A stretch of 32,546 nucleotides of DNA, from IMG/VR virus record IMGVR_UViG_3300040985_001501, positions 1 to 32,546 of that record, one strand, 5' to 3'. Shown one piece after another: positions 18,184 to 26,677 of this stretch. Every line of letters starts with the position of its first letter. The stretch's first letter is position 1. The position numbers were made by a program, and so were the translations under genes. Below the pieces are notes generated by a model. That model had not been told where the DNA came from. It ran no database searches and saw only the letters and a program-made list of their open reading frames with translations. Origin of the DNA: a virus (Duplodnaviria; Caudoviricetes).

Positions 18184-18581
18184 GTCGAATACCCGTCGCC
18201 GCGGTAATCGAACTGGCCGAGCTTGCCGGCCGTCTGGTTCCAATCCGTATCTGACTCGTTATTCGCCTTGTCGTTCAGACTGATACCGCCGGAGAACGGA
18301 GTTACGCCGCCCTTCCTGATACCACGCACACGCAGCTTCTTCGCCAACGCCAACCACGTCGGAGCCGTAGCACCCACATCAATCTCAAGGTCGCCGACCT
18401 TCTTCTTCCCACCCGCCATCGCCAACAATGCCTCCGCGTCAGCCGCGGCAGCAGCCGCCAGATAGGTGTTGCTGTTCTCATCGACATACGAATCAATATC
18501 CGCGGTAGACAGGCTCCCAGACCGTGTGGAACCACCATAAATGTATCTGCGGACAGACGACGTGTCTTCTGTACTAGCCAT
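18180..18581 (-). CDS. head-tail adaptor/connector-like protein
   Basis: LS.ADI...YLAAA...KKVGDL.I...LAKKLR pattern; synteny. Confidence 0.6.
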   Translation of the reverse strand: MASTEDTSSVRRYIYGGSTRSGSLSTADIDSYVDENSNTYLAAAAAADAEALLAMAGGKKKVGDLEIDVGATAPTWLALAKKLRVRGIRKGGVTPFSGGISLNDKANNESDTDWNQTAGKLGQFDYRGDGYST

Positions 18582-19336
18582 TATCCGAACTCCGGTTCCT
18601 GCCCCTTGACATAAAGGGCTATCTCAAAATCAACTGACACTGATGTGGCGTTGCCGTCACCCAACGTCGCGAACCACAAATCTGTGCGCTCAGGGAACGC
18701 ACCCAACGGAATCGACTTCGGGTCGTGGAGAGTGTGAATGCCGTCAAGTCCGTCATACGACGAAATGAGACGCGGCGACGTGAACGGATCGGCGATAGTG
18801 TCCGCGTTCCGACGTTGGAAGAACGCCAAGTCCGCCGGTTTCGTCGCGTTGACAGACACCGTGATCTCACGCACAAACGCCGTCAACCCCGCGGGCACCG
18901 TGTAATGCGCCACCTGAGTCTGACCGAACGCCACAGTCCCGCCGCCAGTAGACGACTCAATCGACGCCAACGCCAACCCGGACGAATTGTTCACGGTGAT
19001 AGTCCCACGGTTACCGCCAGTGAACAGACCGCCGTATGCGCCGGCGTCCTGAACGAACGCGCGGTTCACACGGATAAACTTCTTCAACCCCACAGCGGTA
19101 GATGCCCCGGCGAGCGGAATAGTCTCAGACTCGTCCGCCCACGCGGTGCTAAGACCCTGCACCGTCACAGATTGTGCGCCCAGCCCGGTAGAAGTATCCG
19201 CGGCGTCGTCAGAGAAAACATGGGTCACCGCGCCGGCGGTGGGCCACACCACTGCGCCGCCCCGCGTCCACACATTCTCCCACGTGCCGTTGCCGACAGC
19301 AGGGTTACGTCCGAACTTATGGACAGTACGCGACAT
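18581..19336 (-). CDS. putative virion structural protein
   Basis: HKFGRNP.V...E.VW..GG..WPT...DT..G.GA..V.V.GL; beta-rich; in the head operon. Confidence 0.55.
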   Translation of the reverse strand: MSRTVHKFGRNPAVGNGTWENVWTRGGAVVWPTAGAVTHVFSDDAADTSTGLGAQSVTVQGLSTAWADESETIPLAGASTAVGLKKFIRVNRAFVQDAGAYGGLFTGGNRGTITVNNSSGLALASIESSTGGGTVAFGQTQVAHYTVPAGLTAFVREITVSVNATKPADLAFFQRRNADTIADPFTSPRLISSYDGLDGIHTLHDPKSIPLGAFPERTDLWFATLGDGNATSVSVDFEIALYVKGQEPEFG

Positions 19337-19653
19337 CAGTCACCCACCGCCAACCATGCCGTTACAACCCCTGTCGTAGCGTTCTCCGACACGTTCAGTC
19401 GTGCCTTGTCGAACACCATCCCCGCCGTAGACGTGCGTACCAGATTCGTGCCCGTAGAGGTGGTCGAATCCAACGCCTGCGCCCACACTGTGCTCCGCCC
19501 GACTGTCACTTCGATCTTGCTCACGAACGCCTTAGTAGACGCGTTCGAAATGTACGCGGACACATGACGGAACCCTGTCCCGAAGAACGCGGTGCCGATA
19601 CCAGTAGACGTGCTACCAGTCCACACCTTCTTCGCGATAGGACGCTTCGGCAC
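19336..19653 (-). CDS. small S/T-rich virion protein, paralog B
   Basis: Aligns with 19654-20025 (VGRSTVW / IGQSDVW; FDKARLN / VDRVRLN). Confidence 0.55.
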   Translation of the reverse strand: MPKRPIAKKVWTGSTSTGIGTAFFGTGFRHVSAYISNASTKAFVSKIEVTVGRSTVWAQALDSTTSTGTNLVRTSTAGMVFDKARLNVSENATTGVVTAWLAVGD

Positions 19654-20025
19654 TTAGCCTCCGACCAACGGAACGACAGTCACATACAGTTTGCTCAACG
19701 CCACGCCACCAGCCGAAGTCGTCAGATTCGCGTTAGAGTTCAAACGCACACGGTCAACGATCAACGCCGCCGTCGAATTCACCAACACGCCAGCCGTCGA
19801 ACCGGTCGTCACCGCTGTGAGGTTCGTCCAAACGTCCGACTGACCAATCGACCCCTGCAACGTGAACGACAAGTTCTTCGTAGACCCTGATGTCACATGG
19901 ATCAGACCGAACGCCTGATAACCACCCGACCCATACTGAATCTCATCCGGGCTGTTCCCCGTCGCCGTGCCCGCAATCGTGAGCACAGCGGAAGCGGGAC
20001 GCAGCGGATTCCCTACATTCGCCAT
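19654..20025 (-). CDS. small S/T-rich virion protein, paralog A
   Basis: Beta-rich; LQGS...W..L motif; coupled. Confidence 0.55.
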   Translation of the reverse strand: MANVGNPLRPASAVLTIAGTATGNSPDEIQYGSGGYQAFGLIHVTSGSTKNLSFTLQGSIGQSDVWTNLTAVTTGSTAGVLVNSTAALIVDRVRLNSNANLTTSAGGVALSKLYVTVVPLVGG

Positions 20026-21710
20026 TAGTTATCTGCCTTCTTCGGGGGCTCAGCGGCCATCTGATCTAGTTGCTGCTGAACATGCGCCAAGCCGCCAGCA
20101 ATCGTCTCCATCGTGATCTCCGGCGGCGCAGGCAACGTCGGAACATCTGCTTCCGGTGCCGGCATCAGGTTACGCATCTGATACTGGATTTCCTGCATCG
20201 CGCCATCCAACTGATTCACACCCGCAACCAACTGTGCGCGTTGCTCGTCACCGGCTTTCAACTGTCCCTGAATCTGCGCCTTGCGTCCACCGAGCTCGCG
20301 GTGCCGTGAAACCAACTTGCCGCGGATAGGGTCAGAATCATCGAACCCATACCGATGTGAGGCGGTGAGCAAATCGGATCCGTCGGGAATGAACACCTGA
20401 ATGCCCATCGCCGCCGCATGCCCCAGGAAGTACTCGCAGGACGGACGCTGCTCACTGTTATGCGACGCAAACCCTTCCGCGACGAAGGTACCGGCATCCG
20501 TTTTGAGTGCGATAAGAGGAACCTCACCCAAGTATTCCTTGTCGATAATCTTCACATGGTCGGACGCGTGGAGCGCACCCAACTTGTCCGCATCGAACTT
20601 GCCGAGCAGTCGTCGCGGGCGGATAGCGCCCAGGAATCGCATCATCTTGGACCGCCCACCCGACAACGTGTAGTTAACTACGTCATCACCGGATGTGTTC
20701 CAACCGAACCCGCGGGCCTCAGACATCTCAAGGAACTCGTCAGCCATTCCATTGTTGCGTTGGCCGAATCCCAACCTGTTAGCGAACCCGCCCTGTCCGC
20801 TCCCCCGTTTAGTCTGCGACCAATGCCCTTCACCATCAACAGCCGCAGCCAAATAGCCAGCGCCCCAAGAACGATCTTCATCCCACGTATCAACCAGTTT
20901 CACAATGGATGATTGCCGGTCTGGATTGTCGTGGGGTGCCTGCATGTTCTTTGTCTTAGACCATTTGTGTGCCGACTGATTCCCTGACAACCAGCGGTGA
21001 TCCGCAGAAGAAACCAGCTTGGTCCCATCGCTCATCGTGAACCGATAAGCCGGCTGATACACGACATGAGACGACTCGACTACTGCTTTCTTCCAATATC
21101 GAGTTGCCTGGTTGTCCGGTGTTTCTTCGTCGAACGCTACTAGCTCGTCGCCGGGCTGTACCGATTCTGCCGGCACCCAGCGCAGGTCATGGGTCAGCAC
21201 GCGGGTGTCGCCAGCAACGCAATACTCTGCTTGCAGCAGCGAGTCCTGCGCCATGTCAACACCGTAAACGTGAAGTTCGGGTTGAGGGTTGCCAATCGGA
21301 TCGACCGCGAAAGCATCCGCCGCGTCAGCCAACTCGATAATCGCAAGAGCCAACATCCACGACACACTGTTAGTGAAATAGTCGGGGAACATCCCCAACA
21401 CCTGGCCGATAGGGAACGGCACCGCATTAGGCACATCCATCAAACCCATATCGTCAGGACGCAAATAAACGGGGCCAGCGAAATCCTTCAAGAACTTCGC
21501 GTGCTCCGCATCATTATTCGCGATGTAATACTTCTGCAACGAATGCACATCAAACCAACGATCAAACTTACGGTCAGGCATCACCTGATGCAAACGGTTC
21601 AAACCCCAAAACTCCATGTCAGGGTCGTCCCACGGTGCCATATCGCGGTGACCGTCAGCGAACCCGACAACACAAATCTTATGAGAAGCGGGAATGTCCT
21701 TCCTCGCCAT
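20025..21710 (-). CDS. intein-containing putative glycosyltransferase (sialyltransferase/Maf-like fold)
   Basis: Extein motifs KICVVG...WGLN...TNSVSWMLALAI...ELHVYGVDM parallel the GT42/GT29/Maf order (IIxGNG...RCN...TSG..M..AIALG..EIYLxGIDF). Confidence 0.55.
   Translation of the reverse strand: MARKDIPASHKICVVGFADGHRDMAPWDDPDMEFWGLNRLHQVMPDRKFDRWFDVHSLQKYYIANNDAEHAKFLKDFAGPVYLRPDDMGLMDVPNAVPFPIGQVLGMFPDYFTNSVSWMLALAIIELADAADAFAVDPIGNPQPELHVYGVDMAQDSLLQAEYCVAGDTRVLTHDLRWVPAESVQPGDELVAFDEETPDNQATRYWKKAVVESSHVVYQPAYRFTMSDGTKLVSSADHRWLSGNQSAHKWSKTKNMQAPHDNPDRQSSIVKLVDTWDEDRSWGAGYLAAAVDGEGHWSQTKRGSGQGGFANRLGFGQRNNGMADEFLEMSEARGFGWNTSGDDVVNYTLSGGRSKMMRFLGAIRPRRLLGKFDADKLGALHASDHVKIIDKEYLGEVPLIALKTDAGTFVAEGFASHNSEQRPSCEYFLGHAAAMGIQVFIPDGSDLLTASHRYGFDDSDPIRGKLVSRHRELGGRKAQIQGQLKAGDEQRAQLVAGVNQLDGAMQEIQYQMRNLMPAPEADVPTLPAPPEITMETIAGGLAHVQQQLDQMAAEPPKKADN
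20457..21221 (-). mobile_element. intein (255 aa) with LAGLIDADG-type homing endonuclease region
   Basis: Begins CVAGDTRVL; block B SADHRW; YLAAAVDGEG; ends FVAEGFASHN followed by Ser. Confidence 0.9.
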
Positions 21711-21729
21711 GCTATCTCCTTATTGCTTG

Positions 21730-22152
21730 TTACTTGACCGTCGAAGCTGCGAAAGCGATACCAGGAGCCGCAGTAGTCGGCGTAACCGAATACATGACTG
21801 ACCATGCCGCGGTGCTCGCACCACGGAAATCGAACACAGCGTGTTCCTCGCTAGACGAAACGGTGATCGTGTTCGCCGTCGAACCGTTAAACCCGTCGAT
21901 AGTGGTAGGACATGCGATAGTGACATTGCCTGTCGCGCCGGTGTAGTCGAGGAGCACACGCTTCGACAGGCCAGCCACTGGTGCCGGCAACGTGTAAACG
22001 AGGCCGGTAGCGGTAGCAGTAATAATCGTCATGCCGTACTCGGCCATCGAACCACTCGTTGAACCGAGTGACTCTGTTGCGGTTTCGCGGAAGCCGCCCA
22101 CGAAAACTGGTCTGCGGAATCTAGTGATGGGGCCGGGGCCGCCTCTACTCAT
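21730..22152 (-). CDS. S/T-rich putative capsid-associated protein
   Basis: Start MSRGG after GGAG; YTLPAP.AG...; beta-rich. Confidence 0.55.
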   Translation of the reverse strand: MSRGGPGPITRFRRPVFVGGFRETATESLGSTSGSMAEYGMTIITATATGLVYTLPAPVAGLSKRVLLDYTGATGNVTIACPTTIDGFNGSTANTITVSSSEEHAVFDFRGASTAAWSVMYSVTPTTAAPGIAFAASTVK

Positions 22153-22372
22153 CCTGTTCTCCAAACTCCGGCAGTTCTGCCGGAATGAAATGTTGAAGCG
22201 CCTCGACGGGCTTCGTCTTCTTCTTCTTCTTTGCGGGTTTGGGCGGCTGCTCACTAAGCCCGTACAAACGAACAAAAGAGGTCCGGCGGTAGGCCGGCAA
22301 CGACTCAATAGGAAAATCGCTGCCAGGCTCGTACCTGTGACCGTTAAATGTGAACAGCCGCCCTACACGCAT
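22145..22372 (-). CDS. hypothetical protein
   Basis: Directly after the major capsid gene; basic K-run. Confidence 0.55.
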   Translation of the reverse strand: MRVGRLFTFNGHRYEPGSDFPIESLPAYRRTSFVRLYGLSEQPPKPAKKKKKTKPVEALQHFIPAELPEFGEQDE

Positions 22373-22375
22373 TAG

Positions 22376-23320
22376 TTAGCTCGTAACCGCTGAGAAGAAC
22401 ACACCCAGATCAGCCGAGATCACCTTGTAATCGAAAGCGCTTTGCACTTCGACACGCGGGAACGCGTCCTCGTGGGGAATGTCGTTCCGAACGACCCTGA
22501 TACCGTTCGACGCACCGGTAAGACCGGTCCAGTTGAACGTGCTCATCGCCGTCGCACTACGTGGACCCGGTGAAGGATTCACATAAGTAAGCAACGCGGA
22601 TGCGCTCAGGTTATCCGACGCCGAGAACGCAAGGTTCTCCTGCGCCGTGTTACGGATAGATTCGCCGATGATGACTTTCAGACCGAGCAGATCCCCCAAG
22701 AAATTCGGGGTAGCGATCTGAGCGACATTGTTCGGCAACCGGCCCAGAATGTCCGGGTGGTTAGCCAAAGCCAGATACCATGCGTCGGCACCCAGGACAA
22801 GCGTGTTAGCACGCTTACCGGTGAGGCCACGCATCGTGTTGATACCTGCCAACAGTGCGCCAATCGGGTCGGACGCGTCGTCCGCCCAATTCTCGTCAGT
22901 GTCATCCGTGGTCCAAATGCTGGTTCCAAAGAATGTGGAAGCCCAGTCCTGTTCCATGCGGATCATCAAGTCGTCCATCAGGACCCTTACGGCGTCCTGT
23001 TCCGGCTGCAGCGGATCATCACTATTCGCGATGACCTGCTCCGAAATGTTCATACCAATCGAATACACGTCACAGAAGAACGAGTCCTGTGAAAGCGTGT
23101 AATCACGCAGAGCGGACTGTGTGCCCGGTGCGCGCTTCTGAGCGTCGGAGCGCATCGTCTCGGCCTTGTCATAAACAAAGTACCGATCCGACTGCTTACC
23201 CGTCGCGACTAGCGGTGCCGCCTGATTCCAAACGAAACCCGACGCGTCCTGAAACAGAGCGTGCGAGAAATCCGAAAGGATCGCGTCAACATGGACATCT
23301 GCCAAACCTGGATTAGCCAT
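22376..23320 (-). CDS. major capsid protein
   Basis: VHVDAILSDFS...KQSDRY.VY...W.D..SDPI...G.RANTLVLG; 314 aa; follows scaffold and decoration genes. Confidence 0.85.
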   Translation of the reverse strand: MANPGLADVHVDAILSDFSHALFQDASGFVWNQAAPLVATGKQSDRYFVYDKAETMRSDAQKRAPGTQSALRDYTLSQDSFFCDVYSIGMNISEQVIANSDDPLQPEQDAVRVLMDDLMIRMEQDWASTFFGTSIWTTDDTDENWADDASDPIGALLAGINTMRGLTGKRANTLVLGADAWYLALANHPDILGRLPNNVAQIATPNFLGDLLGLKVIIGESIRNTAQENLAFSASDNLSASALLTYVNPSPGPRSATAMSTFNWTGLTGASNGIRVVRNDIPHEDAFPRVEVQSAFDYKVISADLGVFFSAVTS

Positions 23321-23736
23321 TAGGCACCTGCCAATACTGAACCGGTGGTGAGCATCGTCTTACTGACGTGAACAGAAACAACTCGACCTGCTCCGCCTGA
23401 TGCCCCGGACACAATCACGCCGAACGGCTGCAACTCGGAAGTCGGCGCAACGCCGAACCCGTCGCTGGAACCGGCGATCCATTGTCCGACATGCTTTGTC
23501 GAGGACGCCAACTGCACCTTTACGACACCGCCCACGGCGACAGGCACAGCCTGAATACCAGAGGAGTTGGTGGTCGAAGTGCGGCCATACAACGAACCGA
23601 ACGCAAAAGTATCAGAAGAAGTCGAAATGACGACCTCACCCGAAGTACCAAGATGCACCAGTTTGTAGATGTCCGCGGTGGAGAAGGTGGCCCCGGCGAC
23701 AGCCGACACGATGATCGGCCCTTCGCTATATGCCAT
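23320..23736 (-). CDS. capsid decoration/cement protein
   Basis: Small beta-rich protein (V.V.VGGVVKV...VGQ.I....G.GV) between scaffold and capsid genes. Confidence 0.7.
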   Translation of the reverse strand: MAYSEGPIIVSAVAGATFSTADIYKLVHLGTSGEVVISTSSDTFAFGSLYGRTSTTNSSGIQAVPVAVGGVVKVQLASSTKHVGQWIAGSSDGFGVAPTSELQPFGVIVSGASGGAGRVVSVHVSKTMLTTGSVLAGA

Positions 23737-24464
23737 TACTTGTTCTCCCTGAGCGCATCACGCTCATCTGGATGGAGGTCCCAGAACTCGGTCCGCAATG
23801 TTGCGGCGGTCCTGCTGTCCCCGTCCTTACGCATTTTCTGAACCCACGCGTCCCTCTTGGACAGCGGGTCGGTTTCGCCCTGGTCTTCGCCAATCTCACC
23901 GAGGACATCGGCGAGGTCTACTCGCTGCGCCGCGGCATGCATGTTCTTATAGACGGAATCGAACGCGTCCGGAGCGGCGTCGGCGAGCTCGCGCAACGCG
24001 GGCCCGATCTCCTCAGCCTTACCGAGCAACACATCCAATCCGTCGTCAGCTACACGCTTGACGAATTCCGCATCACGGGCCTCAGCCTTGATCTTCGCGA
24101 GCTCATCATTGGCCTTAGCCAACTCTGCGTCACGCTTAGACAATTCTTCGTCTCGTTCTGCGATAAGGGCTTGCACTTCGTCAGAAGCCTTCTCAACCGC
24201 ATCATCAACAGCCGGTACTTCTACCGGTGTCAGTTCTACGATCTTCAAAAGGGCCTCATCCAGTCGCTTCTGCAACTGAGTGAATTCCTCTTGTGCTTCA
24301 TCCGAAAGTGCTGAAAGGTCAAAGCCTTCCATAACAATCCCTTCGGTTTGCTCGGCGCTCACGGCGCTCTCATCTTTACGCTTCCAGATGACAATGTCGG
24401 CCATAGGGTTGTCCCCAGAGTCGACGGCACCGATGGAAGTGATCTCTTTAACAAAAAGTCCCAT
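23736..24464 (-). CDS. scaffolding protein
   Basis: Acidic coiled coil; N-terminal EITSIGAVDSGDNPMADI protease-like strand. Confidence 0.75.
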   Translation of the reverse strand: MGLFVKEITSIGAVDSGDNPMADIVIWKRKDESAVSAEQTEGIVMEGFDLSALSDEAQEEFTQLQKRLDEALLKIVELTPVEVPAVDDAVEKASDEVQALIAERDEELSKRDAELAKANDELAKIKAEARDAEFVKRVADDGLDVLLGKAEEIGPALRELADAAPDAFDSVYKNMHAAAQRVDLADVLGEIGEDQGETDPLSKRDAWVQKMRKDGDSRTAATLRTEFWDLHPDERDALRENK

Positions 24465-24481
24465 TGAATCCTTGTACCTTG

Positions 24482-24904
24482 TTATGCGCGGACGCCGCGC
24501 CCAACGATGGAAAGCATCGCGCGTTCACCATTCTTCACGCGTTCCCACAGTTGGTCGCCGGCAGGCGTCGGTAGCGCCTCAAACCCGACCCACAGTCCTT
24601 CCGGCAACTGAGCTTCCTCAGGGATGCCCATAGCTGCCGCCTTAGCTTTATCGAAATGCACGGCCTCGATCAGTTTCGACGCGCCGAACAGTTCATGTTG
24701 GTCGTCGCCTGCACCTGAGTCGCGGACATACTTGTAGAACGCGTCCTCCAACGAGGCGCGTGCTTCTGGCGAATCGATCATGTCGCCGGAGTAATCGACG
24801 ACTTGGGTGCCGTCAGCCCTTTTAGTGATGTAGGCCCATCCCCAGAACCGTCGTTGGTCTGGTTCCACTTTTCTGATCTCAGCATTGAGGCGTGTGGTAG
24901 CCAT
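24482..24904 (-). CDS. XkdF-like capsid maturation protease
   Basis: QRRFWGWA...VVDYSGD.I...LEDA.Y.Y...H...WVGF...W.RVK.GE..MLSI.G. Confidence 0.8.
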   Translation of the reverse strand: MATTRLNAEIRKVEPDQRRFWGWAYITKRADGTQVVDYSGDMIDSPEARASLEDAFYKYVRDSGAGDDQHELFGASKLIEAVHFDKAKAAAMGIPEEAQLPEGLWVGFEALPTPAGDQLWERVKNGERAMLSIVGRGVRA

Positions 24905-24912
24905 TGCCGTCT

Positions 24913-24942
24913 ATTGTATACGAACGTATGTTCGCATGTCAA
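24913..24942 (-). promoter_or_regulatory. sigma70-type promoter TTGACA-N18-TACAAT for the capsid operon
   Basis: Near-consensus hexamers; ATG 8 nt after the -10, with no RBS (near-leaderless). Confidence 0.75.
24921..24934. promoter_or_regulatory. LexA (SOS) box CGAACATACGTTCG
   Basis: Exact match to the Gram-positive consensus CGAAC-RNRY-GTTCG, within the promoter spacer. Confidence 0.75.
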
Positions 24943-24971
24943 CCTATGGTTGAGGGTTAGGGTTTAGGGCA

Positions 24972-25015
24972 AAGAGATGGGGTTCGGTAGTGGGAGAGAA
25001 TCACTACCGAACCCC
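24972..25015 (-). terminator. probable intrinsic terminator
   Basis: 14-bp perfect stem GGGGTTCGGTAGTG/CACTACCGAACCCC followed by ATCTCTTT. Confidence 0.7.
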
Positions 25016-25032
25016 TATGGAAACTATGAACC

Positions 25033-25359
25033 TCAGGTCTGGTCTTTCACTGCTCTGAGAAGTGACTGCAACGCTGACAACTGATCCCGCAACGAACGCA
25101 CCGCCTCCTTACACGCATCAGCCACAGCCTCAGACACACGCCGCGACCTTAGCAACGACTCGCATTCAATCGTCGCATCAGCCTCACGCATGCTCACTGT
25201 GTTACGCGCCGATGCTAGTAGTGCTTTAGCGTGCGCGACCCGGTACACCACATCGGCCTCCGCCGCAACCTCGGCGAGCTCCGCATAAGTGAGTGTCCGT
25301 TCCTCCAACCGTCCTGCGATACGATGAATCTCCTGCTCTATGCCGGCCTGCGTCAACAT
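25033..25359 (-). CDS. helical hypothetical protein
   Basis: Start MLTQAG via TGATG overlap; 108 aa, coiled-coil-like. Confidence 0.6.
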   Translation of the reverse strand: MLTQAGIEQEIHRIAGRLEERTLTYAELAEVAAEADVVYRVAHAKALLASARNTVSMREADATIECESLLRSRRVSEAVADACKEAVRSLRDQLSALQSLLRAVKDQT

Positions 25360-25484
25360 CAGCCCGTCACCCCCATAAATCCCTTCAACGCTAGGACAGT
25401 CAACGCGAGGAACAAGCAGAATCCGATCAGGACACTCGCCGCTATCCACGCTGATATGAACGCCTGACGCAGATACGCCCTCAT
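25359..25484 (-). CDS. small single-TM protein (41 aa)
   Basis: MRAYLRQAFISAWIAASVLIGFCLFLALTVLALKGFMGVTG; overlaps at both ends. Confidence 0.45.
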   Translation of the reverse strand: MRAYLRQAFISAWIAASVLIGFCLFLALTVLALKGFMGVTG

Positions 25485-25612
25485 CGTTTCTTCTTCTTCC
25501 GACGCGCACACACACAGACACCCCAATGCGCCGTCTTACAACCCCACTTACCATCAGGGCACGCGACAAGCATCTGTTTGCTGCCACCACAATGCTTACA
25601 CGGCTTACCCAT
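25481..25612 (-). CDS. small Cys-rich protein (43 aa)
   Basis: MGKPCKHCGG...CPDG..GC..AH..CVC. Confidence 0.45.
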   Translation of the reverse strand: MGKPCKHCGGSKQMLVACPDGKWGCKTAHWGVCVCARRKKKKR

Positions 25613-25898
25613 CACTGCCCCCGCCCCACGACCGTATCCCCGATGGCAGTCCCAACAGTGGGCCGTCCGACTCGCGCCAAACGATCACGTCGGGATGATG
25701 CGCGTTGCTCTTGGGTCGTTGAACAGAACTATCGGTTTTGTCCAGCATCCGCAGCACAGCGATCACAACCGCATCGGCAACCTTGACTGACTGTTCCATT
25801 GCGTAGGAATCGAAGTGTTTTGAGTCGCCAACCCATGTGTCGTAGATGACGTTGGGTAGTTCTTTGCGTAGCGATTCGATCATGTGTTTCGTCGTCAT
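25605..25898 (-). CDS. hypothetical protein
   Basis: Start MTTKH via ATGA overlap. Confidence 0.5.
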   Translation of the reverse strand: MTTKHMIESLRKELPNVIYDTWVGDSKHFDSYAMEQSVKVADAVVIAVLRMLDKTDSSVQRPKSNAHHPDVIVWRESDGPLLGLPSGIRSWGGGSDG

Positions 25899-26047
25899 GG
25901 GCCACCAGCAGGAAACCGAATATCGTAAAGGGACAGCACCCGAAGCGTCGCCGCCCAAATCTCGGCAGGAGTTCTATTGTCCGCGGCCCACTTCCAACCA
26001 AGCGCCGACCACAGCTCGCGCAACAGTTCGTTGTCGTCTCTGTTCAT
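25895..26047 (-). CDS. hypothetical protein (50 aa)
   Basis: GGAGG RBS; MNRDDNELLRELW...; overlaps at both ends. Confidence 0.45.
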   Translation of the reverse strand: MNRDDNELLRELWSALGWKWAADNRTPAEIWAATLRVLSLYDIRFPAGGP

Positions 26048-26238
26048 ACGAACCTCCCTGTCGAGAACAGCCACTTCTCAACGTCCCCCCACAACCACAC
26101 CGGCCCAATACTCAAATGCGCGTGCGGCTCAGGGAAACCAATACCACGGTTCTTCCACTGATACACGGTGCCTTTCGCCGTGTTATGGCCGCGTGCGGTC
26201 GCGCGGTCGGCGATTTCGTTTGCGTCAACAATGTCCAT
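26044..26238 (-). CDS. AlpA/excisionase-like HTH DNA-binding protein
   Basis: DIV...EIA.R.....TV.QW..R...FPEP.......PVW.W.DVE.W. Confidence 0.7.
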   Translation of the reverse strand: MDIVDANEIADRATARGHNTAKGTVYQWKNRGIGFPEPHAHLSIGPVWLWGDVEKWLFSTGRFV

Positions 26239-26495
26239 CAGGCGTCCTCCAATAGTTCTGCGAGTTCCAACACGTCGCATCGGTGTGTTGTCCACCTATC
26301 CTTCGTCGCAAGCGTCGCCGGGTTCTCCCCGTTTACTCTGAGCCATCCGGCCAGCACATCAACAAAATCGTTGCTGCCGGCCCTTAGCAGATCAATGAAC
26401 AGAATCAGCTCGTCGGGTGTGAGTTCGCCAACAGCCCGCCGAAGTCGGTCGTTTTCGAGTGCGTTTATCAGGTCTTGCCTTGCGTTCCATGCCAT
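26238..26495 (-). CDS. hypothetical protein
   Basis: Coupled 85-aa ORF. Confidence 0.55.
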   Translation of the reverse strand: MAWNARQDLINALENDRLRRAVGELTPDELILFIDLLRAGSNDFVDVLAGWLRVNGENPATLATKDRWTTHRCDVLELAELLEDA

Positions 26496-26677
26496 CAGCC
26501 ACCTACTTCGATGATCGTTTTCAGAATGTGCGCCCTCACGTAGTCCTTCGTCAACGCCTCAATCACAGCAGCGCCATCCTTCTCCGAAGTCACCAACTCA
26601 AACCGGGCACGCAGATCCTGCTTCCACTCCAAACACGTACACCACGCCACACCCTGCATCACCTTCAAATCATGCAT
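26495..26677 (-). CDS. hypothetical protein
   Basis: GGGGAG RBS before MHDLK. Confidence 0.5.
   Translation of the reverse strand: MHDLKVMQGVAWCTCLEWKQDLRARFELVTSEKDGAAVIEALTKDYVRAHILKTIIEVGG

Noticed and set aside
22153-22308. N-terminal extension of ORF 21730-22308 in the track
   Set aside because: Overlaps the 22145-22372 gene; a better start with RBS lies at 22152
24948-24969. Telomere-like run GGTTGAGGGTTAGGGTTTAGGG
   Set aside because: Only three imperfect units in a short intergenic spacer; compatible with chance, and no functional support
25033-25359. Possible UvsY-like recombination mediator
   Set aside because: Only a generic helical resemblance; left as hypothetical
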